Shown: positions 19,060 to 27,513 of the stretch, piece by piece
How positions within the stretch are numbered: the stretch's first letter is position 1
Layout: every line of letters starts with the position of its first letter
Source of the DNA: Bacteroidia bacterium
GTDB lineage: Bacteria; Bacteroidota; Bacteroidia; NS11-12g; UBA955
Direction of reading: 5' to 3'
Assembly (NCBI GenBank): GCA_044224315.1
Contig: JBGAKR010000002.1
Coordinates: 464,464-528,463 of the forward strand
DNA length: 64,000 nucleotides
The notes under the pieces: model-generated
Databases searched by the model: none
Seen by the model: only the letters and a program-made list of their open reading frames with translations
Told to the model about the DNA's origin: nothing
Made by a program: the position numbers and the translations under genes

Positions 19060-20820
19060 TTATGTTCTGGGTTTAAGTTTTTTATCCTTGATCTCGTAAA
19101 CGAGGTCGCAAAGTTCGAATATTCTTGGTCTGTGTGCAATGATTAGCATTGTTTTTCCCGATTCTTTGAGCATTTTCAATGTGTGCATTACATCATTCTC
19201 GGTTTCAGTATCCAAGGCACTGGTGGGTTCGTCCAGGATTAAAACGGGTGCATTGCGATACAGCTCCCGGGCCAATACCAACCTCTGTTTCTGCCCCTCA
19301 CTGAGCATGGATCCACCTTCGCCAATGCGTATGTTCAGCACATCGGGATAACCGTTTATTCTGAATGCCGCCTGATTTAAACATTCCTGTATTCTGGCCA
19401 AATCACGCTGTGTGGGTTCAATGCCCAAAGCTACATTATCGGCCACGCTGCCACTTACCATAAAGGGCTCCTGACCCATGTATGAAAACAGGGTATGGTG
19501 CGCAAACTGCTGATTTAGCAACTCTCCATCCACCCTAATTTCGCCAGATTGGGGCTCGTAAAAACCCAATAGCAATTTTATAAGGCTGGTTTTTCCGGCA
19601 CCCGATTCGCCCGCTATGCCTATGGTTTTGCCTTTTTCCAGCACAAAATCCATACCCTCAAAAACCCCCTGACTCTCTTTGCCCGGATAGGCAAAATGTA
19701 TCTGACTGAAGCGGATTTCGGTTTTAAACTCGCTCACGGTTTCTTTGGCCTCGGGTATTTCTGTAACTGGCATCAGTTTTTCCAGGGTATAGGCATTCAT
19801 TTTTAAATGCATCAATCCCTGCAAAATGCGGTTGGCTGCAGGTATAAGCCTGAAAACGGATATGGCAAACAAGGCGGCCAAAACCCTTACCTGGCCTATG
19901 TTATCGCCCGAGTAAAAGTAGGCATACACCACCAGCACCACAATGCCCAGCAGCGATACAAATTCGTTGATACGCGCCGGAATGAGTTGAAAGTTTACTC
20001 CCTTAATTCCACTGGCCACATAGCCGTTAAAATCCTTGAGAAAACGCGATTTAAAATACGATTCCACCCCATGGGTGCGGATATCGGCAAAGCCCGAAAT
20101 GCCAAAATTGAGTCCCTTTAATGCATCATCGCGGTGCATACTGGCCTGCTCACCCAGGTTGGAAATACGCTTGCGGGTATACCGGTTTACAAATACAAAA
20201 GCGGTGCCCAGCAAGCCGGTGATGAGGAAAAAAATCATGGGATTGTAAATGGTGAATCCCAAAATGAGCATAAAAACCACCGCCGTTTCGGTTACAATAT
20301 TAATCAGGGGTAAATATATCCCCGAAACAAAATAATAGGGTGTAAACAGCACGGTATCATTGAATCCCAGCCCATCGTTGCTTACTTTTTCGTACGAATT
20401 ATTGCGAAAAGCATAGTCAAAACTACGGGCCGATAATTGGCTCGAAATCTCTACCGAAACTTTTTTAGTAAAACGCTGCAGCGCAAATGCCAGCAGGCTT
20501 TTCACCAGAAAAAACAGCAAAATAAAAATGATCAATGCCACCAGAAAACTGGCTTCACTCTTAAAATTAAAGTAGTAATAAATGGCCCTCAGCTTGCGGC
20601 TTTTTTCCAAAAAACTGTGGTCTATGGCCAGCATCAACACCGGTACCATGCTGCCCAAACCTACAATATCGGCCAGCCCAATTAAAATATTGAAGGCATA
20701 AATCACCAATGTGCGGCTGCGGTGATAGGGACTTAGCAAATGCCAGATGCCCCGCCACGAATATTGTATGGATTGTAAACCGTTCAATTTTTGCAAAGGT
20801 AACATTTGCGATTTAAGCAC
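19060..20820 (-). CDS. ABC exporter, fused permease/ATPase (MsbA-like)
   Basis: 586 aa. N-terminal six-TM domain, Walker A GESGAGKTS, signature LSEGQKQR and Walker B LILDEPTSALD. Confidence 0.85.
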   Translation of the reverse strand: MLKSQMLPLQKLNGLQSIQYSWRGIWHLLSPYHRSRTLVIYAFNILIGLADIVGLGSMVPVLMLAIDHSFLEKSRKLRAIYYYFNFKSEASFLVALIIFILLFFLVKSLLAFALQRFTKKVSVEISSQLSARSFDYAFRNNSYEKVSNDGLGFNDTVLFTPYYFVSGIYLPLINIVTETAVVFMLILGFTIYNPMIFFLITGLLGTAFVFVNRYTRKRISNLGEQASMHRDDALKGLNFGISGFADIRTHGVESYFKSRFLKDFNGYVASGIKGVNFQLIPARINEFVSLLGIVVLVVYAYFYSGDNIGQVRVLAALFAISVFRLIPAANRILQGLMHLKMNAYTLEKLMPVTEIPEAKETVSEFKTEIRFSQIHFAYPGKESQGVFEGMDFVLEKGKTIGIAGESGAGKTSLIKLLLGFYEPQSGEIRVDGELLNQQFAHHTLFSYMGQEPFMVSGSVADNVALGIEPTQRDLARIQECLNQAAFRINGYPDVLNIRIGEGGSMLSEGQKQRLVLARELYRNAPVLILDEPTSALDTETENDVMHTLKMLKESGKTMLIIAHRPRIFELCDLVYEIKDKKLKPRT

Positions 20821-20864
20821 CGCATTTTGATTATTGCCCCGCTTTTCAAACCTTTGCAGCAGAA

Positions 20865-21839
20865 ATGAGCAGCGAAACTATATTGGTAATTGGCGCATGC
20901 GGCCAGTTGGGTACCGAGTTGGTAGAAGCCCTGAGGGGAATTTATGGCGATCAGAATGTAATTGCATCCGACATTAAACAAGGCGATAACCCGGTTTTCG
21001 AAGCCGGACCGTTCGAAATACTGGACATTCTGGATAAAAACAAACTCCAGGACCTCCTTACCAAATACAAACCCTCCCAGGTATACCATTTAGCTGCCCT
21101 GCTGAGTGCCACTGCCGAAAAAATGCCCGAGTTTGCCTGGAAACTAAACATGGATGGCCTTTTTCATCTGCTGGATGCCGCCCGTGATATGGGCATTGTA
21201 AAAAAAGTGTACTGGCCCAGTTCTATTGCGGCTTTTGGCCCAAATACGCCCCGCATCAATACCCCCCAATTTGGCGCCATGGACCCTACTACCGTGTATG
21301 GAATCAGTAAACTGGCGGGTGAACTCTATGCCCAGTACTATTTCAACCGCTGGGGCGTGGATACCCGCAGCCTGCGTTACCCCGGCCTGATTGGATACAA
21401 ATCGGCACCCGGCGGCGGTACTACCGATTATGCGGTGTCCATCTACCACGATGCTCTTACCACCGGCCACCACAATTGCTTTCTAAATCCCGGCACTGTA
21501 TTGCCCATGCTGTATATGCCCGATGCCCTCAAAGCTACCCTGGACATTATGCATGCACCGGCCGAAAAAATTAAAATCCGCAGCAGCTACAACCTGGCCG
21601 GAATGAGCTTTGGCCCCGAAGAAATTACCGCTGCCATCCAAAAATACATCCCCAACTTTAGCAGCAGCTACAATGCCGACTACCGCCAGGCCATCGCCGA
21701 CTCTTGGCCCGCCGTGATCGACGACAGCCGTGCCCGCGAAGACTGGGGTTGGAAACCCGATTTCGACCTGGACAAAATGACCGTGGATATGCTGGAGAAT
21801 CTCCGCAAACAGTATCCAGGTGCGAGGTACGAGGTGTGA
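20865..21839 (+). CDS. tdh: NAD-dependent epimerase/dehydratase-fold protein, probably SDR-type L-threonine 3-dehydrogenase
   Basis: The N-terminus ILVIGACGQLGTELVEALRGIYGDQNVIASDI and the YGISK catalytic Tyr-x3-Lys match the extended-SDR TDH group known from flavobacteria. Confidence 0.6.
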   Translation: MSSETILVIGACGQLGTELVEALRGIYGDQNVIASDIKQGDNPVFEAGPFEILDILDKNKLQDLLTKYKPSQVYHLAALLSATAEKMPEFAWKLNMDGLFHLLDAARDMGIVKKVYWPSSIAAFGPNTPRINTPQFGAMDPTTVYGISKLAGELYAQYYFNRWGVDTRSLRYPGLIGYKSAPGGGTTDYAVSIYHDALTTGHHNCFLNPGTVLPMLYMPDALKATLDIMHAPAEKIKIRSSYNLAGMSFGPEEITAAIQKYIPNFSSSYNADYRQAIADSWPAVIDDSRAREDWGWKPDFDLDKMTVDMLENLRKQYPGARYEV

Positions 21840-21860
21840 AGTTAGAGGTGTTGTATCCGT

Positions 21861-22187
21861 TTAGCTCTGACGCAGGCACCAGCTATTGCCGTCCAAATCT
21901 TTAAACCAGGCAAATTTGCCCCAGGGGGTTTGGTCGATTTTGCCTACCTCAATGCCTTTGGCTTTTAGCGATTCCACTTCGGCTTCGATATTTTCGGTTT
22001 GGCAAATAATGCCCTGAAAACTGGCCAAAGAAATGGTGCTTCCCCCTCCTGGTAAAGCCATCTGTATCCAAGTCTCCCCATGCGGATCGGGCGCTTCGAT
22101 TACTACTTCAAAACCCAGTTGCTGATAAAAAGCCTTGGCCTTCTGCCGGTCTTTTACCGGAATCATAATTATTTCGAGGGATTTCAT
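21861..22187 (-). CDS. VOC/glyoxalase-bleomycin-resistance family protein
   Basis: 108 aa with a beta-alpha-beta-beta-beta pattern: PVKDRQKAKAFYQQLGFEV ... FKDLDGNSW. Confidence 0.7.
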   Translation of the reverse strand: MKSLEIIMIPVKDRQKAKAFYQQLGFEVVIEAPDPHGETWIQMALPGGGSTISLASFQGIICQTENIEAEVESLKAKGIEVGKIDQTPWGKFAWFKDLDGNSWCLRQS

Positions 22188-22292
22188 TTTTTATTTTAAC
22201 AAAAGTACCCTGTTTTAATCTCATTATATTGCCCCAATAGCGGCAAAATGTGGGGGTAGATGCGACAGGGGGTTAAACATTTGAGAATTCTG

Positions 22293-22322
22293 TCCATGAG
22301 TCCCATTCTGGAGACTCATGGA
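22293..22322 (-). terminator. 10-bp-stem hairpin 12 nt downstream of the 140-aa gene; conserved in the second copy
   Basis: TCCATGAGTC-N10-GACTCATGGA. No T-run follows, so its terminator function is tentative. Confidence 0.35.
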
Positions 22323-22333
22323 TGGAGGTACTT

Positions 22334-22756
22334 TTAATTTATGGCTTTCTTCATCTCAAAGGTTCCTTTCGTTCCAGGAAAAATAACCCAACGATTTTTC
22401 ACTTTTCCGATACCCCATTTAAATTTCCAGGTACCCTTAATTGTGTTGTCGGAAATTTTTCCGGAGTAATAAATATTTCGATGTGGCTTATCCTCCTCTA
22501 TATTGCTTCCATCCTGCAAATAAACCGATTGTGTGGGCATTGCTTTTACAAATTTAATAATTCCATTTTTTACATGGCCCTCTATTTTGCCTGTACCTTT
22601 CATACCACCCGTTTCGATATCGTCTTTTACCAATCCCGAAAATCGTATACAATCAAATTCGATAATTTCAATATCAAATTTCACTTCATTATTCCGAACT
22701 TTTTCCGGAAGCCTTTGGCTTAAATACTTATAGGTTCCAGTCCATTTTCCGAGCAT
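22334..22756 (-). CDS. hypothetical 140-aa protein (paralogue A)
   Basis: Complete ORF, about 85% identical (about 21 differences in 140 by my alignment) to the product of 26943-27365. Predicted beta-rich, with no recognised family. Confidence 0.55.
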   Translation of the reverse strand: MLGKWTGTYKYLSQRLPEKVRNNEVKFDIEIIEFDCIRFSGLVKDDIETGGMKGTGKIEGHVKNGIIKFVKAMPTQSVYLQDGSNIEEDKPHRNIYYSGKISDNTIKGTWKFKWGIGKVKNRWVIFPGTKGTFEMKKAIN

Positions 22757-23132
22757 AGGTTTGGGTGGTTAAATGGTTTGCAGATTTGAGTTTGGGCGGA
22801 TATCGGAGCACAAAGCTCCAAGTTTACACGTCAGCCCGCCTGACGCAAAACCCGTGTTAGCTGCTGCTGTTCTGTTTGTGCGAAGTTGTGTAATGTCAAG
22901 TTTGCACTCACTTTGTCCGAAGCGATTTACTTTAAAAGCTGTGTCTGTCCGTGTTTGCACAGTGCGTTTGGGTTTTTATTTTTTTTTTGAAGCGTGGGAA
23001 GAAATTTTATAATGATTTTTACTTGGGCTTGAGAAAAAAAACTATCTTGTTAGCTTTGGTTTCAGTGTTGGCTTGTAGCAGCTTGCAAGAGTGTATTTTT
23101 TGTGCGTTGGCTTTTTCATCTCCACTGTGATT

Positions 23133-26100
23133 TTATTTTATAAAATACTTTACATAGAGTTCAGCAAGTTCAGCATCAAAATTTTCTTTCAATGCCTTTT
23201 CAAATTCTTTTTTCAATGCAGGAATTTTTGCAAATCTTTTGTAGAAAACTTCTCTTCCGTCAACTATGTCAAGCCATTCTATTTTGAAGTTTGCGTAATC
23301 AAACTTCTCTGGATTCAAATAGAATTTCATGTAGTCAGCAAGATTTGTAAATGCTTTAAGACGCCTATCGTCACTTTTCACATTCATGTTGTAAATGAAA
23401 ATCATGGCACTTATAAAAACGAAACTTTGTTTCTTAGGTCTGCCCGAACTAAGTGTGTATGCTCCATTACCTTTTTTAATGTTTATCTCTGAAATGTATT
23501 GTTCAAAGTATTGATTGTAGTCAATTATATTTTCTAATGACGCCTTTATATATAAATCAGCATTGTACTTTTCATCAAGAATTTCAATAATTCTACTTTT
23601 CAACTCCTCTCTCATGCTATCATCCGAAATTTCCCATAAGAAAATTAAAGTATCTGTCTTTCTGTCAGAGTTTTTGATAAGAGATTGAACAGCCAAAATC
23701 AATTTTCTGTCCTCGATTCTTTCAAAATTATTTTTCTTAAAGATGTAAGATATTGTTTCTAACAAATCACTGTCAATATATAAATCTAACTTTACAAGAA
23801 CTATTTTCAAAAGACCTTCTAAATTTTCCTTTGTAAACAGTTGAACGTTTTTATGCATGAAAGCACAAAGGAAATCTATTTCTTTCCTGCGCAAGAAGGT
23901 TTCATGTTGCAAGAAGTCAAGGAGATTTTGAATTAGGTCAGGTGTTTTTTCATTTGTCAGCTTCATTCCTGACAGCAGAAGGAAAATATTGTTGAACTTT
24001 TTACGACAATTATTTTCAAAAAAGTAGCTGCTGATTTGATTTCTAGTAAGCTTGTCTGCATTTGTGCTTCTGCCAAAGAATGTATTTTCTTCAAAAAATG
24101 ATTTGAGAAAGTTATTTACTGATTCAAGAATATCAGGAAAACTCGCTTCGTTGAATTCAATTTTATTGATATCATATTTTTGAGTTATTTTTCTTACTTC
24201 TTCTGCATCACCATAGAATACAACTATGTCGAAGAATTTTTTACTGAACTCTTTAATTCTCTCCCCATAACTTTCATTTGTCGCATAATTTATCAAGAGT
24301 GCTTCAATTCCCTTTTTGATAACTCTCGTAAGATTGACAAACTCATCAGCAACGATGTAATTGTTCGTGTAAAAGGTGATGACTTTGAAAATTTCTGTTT
24401 CAATTTGCTGCGGGTAATAAGGACCCATTGACCAAATTCTTCCTGTCTTGTAGCCATCATAAATGTCCGAAACCTTGCGGTGAAGTTCATTTATTTCCTT
24501 TTCAGCCTTGTGTAAAACATCATCATCACGAATCATTTTCAGAAGTTCATACTCGTTTTCGCCCAAGTATGGAATCTGAGAAATCAATTTGTCAAAGTCT
24601 ATGTCGTCCATTTCCTGAACAATCCTTTTCCTTTCTTCATCCTTCAAAGTGCTTTCGTGAAAACTTATCAGGTTGCGTAAAGTTTTGATGTTGTGTTTTG
24701 CGATATAATAGGAAAAATATTTTCCTGCTTGCCACGCTTTGTTTGCGACTTCTTCAAACAAGCGATATGACTGATGGAAGTTTCCTATTTTATGATTTGC
24801 ATAAGCAAGTTCAAGGTCTGATTGAATACTTGTTGTTGCGTTAATTGTAGAGTTTAATGTGTCTGCAATGACACTACTTAATTCAAAACGATTCAAGCGG
24901 CAGTTAAAGCAGTTGCATTTTGCAGCTGGCTTTATAAACAGCTTTTTGTATGTATCTGACCATCCATGATTGCCGAAAGAATCGGGCTTTTCATTTTCTT
25001 TAAACAAGTAGAATATCATACTGAAGTTTAAAGACCTGATTATCTCTTTCAACTTTCTCTCAATCTCTTTTATTTCCGAATCTGTCAAAGTCATTTCTGG
25101 CTTCGGCTTGAACCTTACTTCATCATCAACATATTCAATCTGATTAAAAAATAAGTCAACAAGCAAATCATTTCTTGTTAGCAGCGAATTTGATTCGTAA
25201 TTGTGAACATAACTCTTCGAATTATTGAAAGGATAAAGATTAGCAATGAAATCAGGTGGCAGAGTTTGGAATTCTGAAAAGCGATTTAGAGACAGATAGA
25301 TTTGGTCAATGATATTCTTATCAGTTAATGGCTCATTGAACTTATTGTACGTAGAAAGGAATACTAAAAAGTTTAAAAGGTATTGTCCTTTTTCAGAAAG
25401 ATTTTCCCCTTTTTTGAAAAGCATTTCATGCAAAGCATTTTTTCCATTCAGGTAGTCGGTAATGTAATTTACTTCATAAACAACCTCTGTATCAAAATAG
25501 TTGATGACATTTATTCCTTTGTTCTTTAAATATTCTCTCTGTGTCGGATGTAAGTTTTTTTCAACTGAAAGCAAGTAGGCATTTTGAAAATCTTTACCTA
25601 AAATATTTCTCACTGTCTGCACTATCATTTTCAGATTGATGTCAGAAAAACCATAGCCAACAAACAGAACAACCTTTGAAGCAAAAACAGATTTTAGAAA
25701 TGCTTCAATCAAAGGATGATTCAAACTGTAATCAAGGTAATCATCTTCCTTTAAAACGATGTCAGTGTCGTTCAAGTCGCCATGAACTTTGACAAGTAAA
25801 TTTGTATTGAGTGCATAAGGAAATTCTTTGTCTTTAGAAACAACAGAAAAGGGGAGAGATTCCTTTTTGATTACCTGCTCAAGCAAATCATCATAGTTTG
25901 TTGTCAGGATGTGTTCAGGATTCAATTTGAAAATCCACTCATGAATTTCATTGTATCTAACTTTCTTATGTTTTAGAACTGCACGGATTTTATCAATGTA
26001 TTCCTTCTGCTGCCTTTCGTTGTAATACATCTGAGCAATTCGCAAATAGTCGGCTTCATTTGGCGATATTGAGATTTCAGATTTCATTTCATCAATCAAT

Positions 26101-26219
26101 GTTCCCCAAGTTGGAATACCCGCATCTACGGAAATTCCTGCACCAGCAAATACAACTAACTTGTTTGTGTCAATTGCATTGCGAATGTTTTTTATGTCGG
26201 TGAAAAATTTCTTGCTCAT
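23133..26219 (-). CDS. SIR2-domain (SIR2_2/defence-type NADase) protein with a large uncharacterised helical C-terminal region; DSR-like single-gene defence candidate
   Basis: 1,028 aa. Motifs in order: FAGAGIS (aa 24-30), TTNYD (aa 106-110), KVHGD (aa 144-148) and FVGYGFSD (aa 186-193). No P-loop, TIR, nuclease or TM motif is visible in aa 230-1028. Markedly AT-rich. Confidence 0.8.
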   Translation of the reverse strand: MSKKFFTDIKNIRNAIDTNKLVVFAGAGISVDAGIPTWGTLIDEMKSEISISPNEADYLRIAQMYYNERQQKEYIDKIRAVLKHKKVRYNEIHEWIFKLNPEHILTTNYDDLLEQVIKKESLPFSVVSKDKEFPYALNTNLLVKVHGDLNDTDIVLKEDDYLDYSLNHPLIEAFLKSVFASKVVLFVGYGFSDINLKMIVQTVRNILGKDFQNAYLLSVEKNLHPTQREYLKNKGINVINYFDTEVVYEVNYITDYLNGKNALHEMLFKKGENLSEKGQYLLNFLVFLSTYNKFNEPLTDKNIIDQIYLSLNRFSEFQTLPPDFIANLYPFNNSKSYVHNYESNSLLTRNDLLVDLFFNQIEYVDDEVRFKPKPEMTLTDSEIKEIERKLKEIIRSLNFSMIFYLFKENEKPDSFGNHGWSDTYKKLFIKPAAKCNCFNCRLNRFELSSVIADTLNSTINATTSIQSDLELAYANHKIGNFHQSYRLFEEVANKAWQAGKYFSYYIAKHNIKTLRNLISFHESTLKDEERKRIVQEMDDIDFDKLISQIPYLGENEYELLKMIRDDDVLHKAEKEINELHRKVSDIYDGYKTGRIWSMGPYYPQQIETEIFKVITFYTNNYIVADEFVNLTRVIKKGIEALLINYATNESYGERIKEFSKKFFDIVVFYGDAEEVRKITQKYDINKIEFNEASFPDILESVNNFLKSFFEENTFFGRSTNADKLTRNQISSYFFENNCRKKFNNIFLLLSGMKLTNEKTPDLIQNLLDFLQHETFLRRKEIDFLCAFMHKNVQLFTKENLEGLLKIVLVKLDLYIDSDLLETISYIFKKNNFERIEDRKLILAVQSLIKNSDRKTDTLIFLWEISDDSMREELKSRIIEILDEKYNADLYIKASLENIIDYNQYFEQYISEINIKKGNGAYTLSSGRPKKQSFVFISAMIFIYNMNVKSDDRRLKAFTNLADYMKFYLNPEKFDYANFKIEWLDIVDGREVFYKRFAKIPALKKEFEKALKENFDAELAELYVKYFIK

Positions 26220-26901
26220 TTAGTTTCTTTTTTGTCAATTAATAGATTCATATATAATATTTGTCAAACTGCACTTAGCGTTGCAGCCTACTCTATAATT
26301 GTCCCCTCTTTATACCGGGTAGCTAATCAAATTTGGAGCATATGCTAAACTGACTGGCTTATCATTTTCAAATATATAAAAAAATCCAGTCCAAAACAAA
26401 ATACTCGATTCCAATATTGAAAGCTCCTCTTATTCCATCCTAAATTGTAACGATATGTGAAATGTTAACCGATATTTAAAACCATCAGTTTAGATGATCA
26501 GACACCCCCCTCTCCAATTTTTCTACAACCCCACTTCTACCCCAGAGCCATTAATATGTAGTCACAGTTCTACAACCCTAAAATTTTGAAAGCCTGCCGA
26601 AATATGCACAGCGTAGAAACTTTGGGCAGAATAGGCTAACCCCAAAAGCACAAATCCCAGCAGCAGCGGCCGGTTTGCTAAGCGATACGACAGATTTAAC
26701 TACCATTTATCTATACTTGCTTTATACTTGCTCTTAAATGGCTCTTAGATTGCTCCTAGATGGCTCCGAAACTGCACTAACAGGGGGTCAGTTGCACTGT
26801 TTTATTTTGTAGAAGATTTCTACACGTACCCCTAGGAGGAAATTGGGACAGCATGGTTTTGTAGTAATACTGAAAAAGGGATTGTCTGTTGCTTTCGTAT
26901 G

Positions 26902-26931
26902 TCCATGAGTCCCATTCTGGAGACTCATGGA
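26902..26931 (-). terminator. second copy of the 10-bp-stem hairpin
   Basis: Identical TCCATGAGTC-N10-GACTCATGGA, 12 nt downstream of the stop of paralogue B. Confidence 0.35.
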
Positions 26932-26942
26932 CGGAGGTACTT

Positions 26943-27365
26943 TTAGGTTATGGCTTTCGACATCTCCCAGGTTCCTTTCAATCCAGGAAAAATAACCCAG
27001 CGATTTTTCACTTTTCCGATACCAAATTTAAATTTCCAGGTACCCTTAATTGTGTTGTCGGAGATAATTCCGGAGTAATAAATTTTGCGGTGTGGCTTAT
27101 CCTCCTCAATATGTCGTCCATCCTGCATAAAAACAGATCGCGTAGGCATTGCTTTTACAAATTGCACAATCCCATTTTTTACATGGCCCTCTATTCTGCC
27201 TGTAGCCTCCATACCACCCGTTTCAATGTCGTCTTTTACAAATCCCGTAAATCGTATTCCATCAAATTCGATAATTTCAATATCAAATTTCACTTCACTA
27301 TTCCGAACTTTTTCAGGTAGCCTTTGGCTTAAATACTTATAGGTCCCTGTCCATTTTCCAAGCAT
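26943..27365 (-). CDS. hypothetical 140-aa protein (paralogue B)
   Basis: Complete ORF, paralogue of 22334-22756. Confidence 0.55.
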   Translation of the reverse strand: MLGKWTGTYKYLSQRLPEKVRNSEVKFDIEIIEFDGIRFTGFVKDDIETGGMEATGRIEGHVKNGIVQFVKAMPTRSVFMQDGRHIEEDKPHRKIYYSGIISDNTIKGTWKFKFGIGKVKNRWVIFPGLKGTWEMSKAIT

Positions 27366-27513
27366 TGGTTCGGATTGTTTAATGGTTTGGAGCTAAATGA
27401 AGGGCGGGACTTTTACTCCATTAAAGGATTTAAAAACCATGCATGGGGGATTATTAACCACAAAAGAGACTTTGGAGTAATAACCTCGCCAATTTTAAAT
27501 CTGATGTTATGCT

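Larger units (their letters stand above)
22293..22781. repeat. direct repeat copy A (about 490 bp) bracketing the SIR2 islet
   Basis: Colinear with 26902-27390 at a constant offset of 4,609 bp. It includes the hairpin, the 140-aa gene and about 25 bp upstream. Confidence 0.9.
26902..27390. repeat. direct repeat copy B (about 490 bp)
   Basis: See copy A. Same strand and order. Confidence 0.9.

Noticed and set aside
23133-26219. Assigning the SIR2 protein to Thoeris (ThsA), SIR2-HerA or the SIR2-APAZ/pAgo system
   Set aside because: No TIR (ThsB), HerA helicase or Argonaute gene lies within the islet. No SLOG or APAZ-like signature is visible, so only a single-gene architecture is supported.
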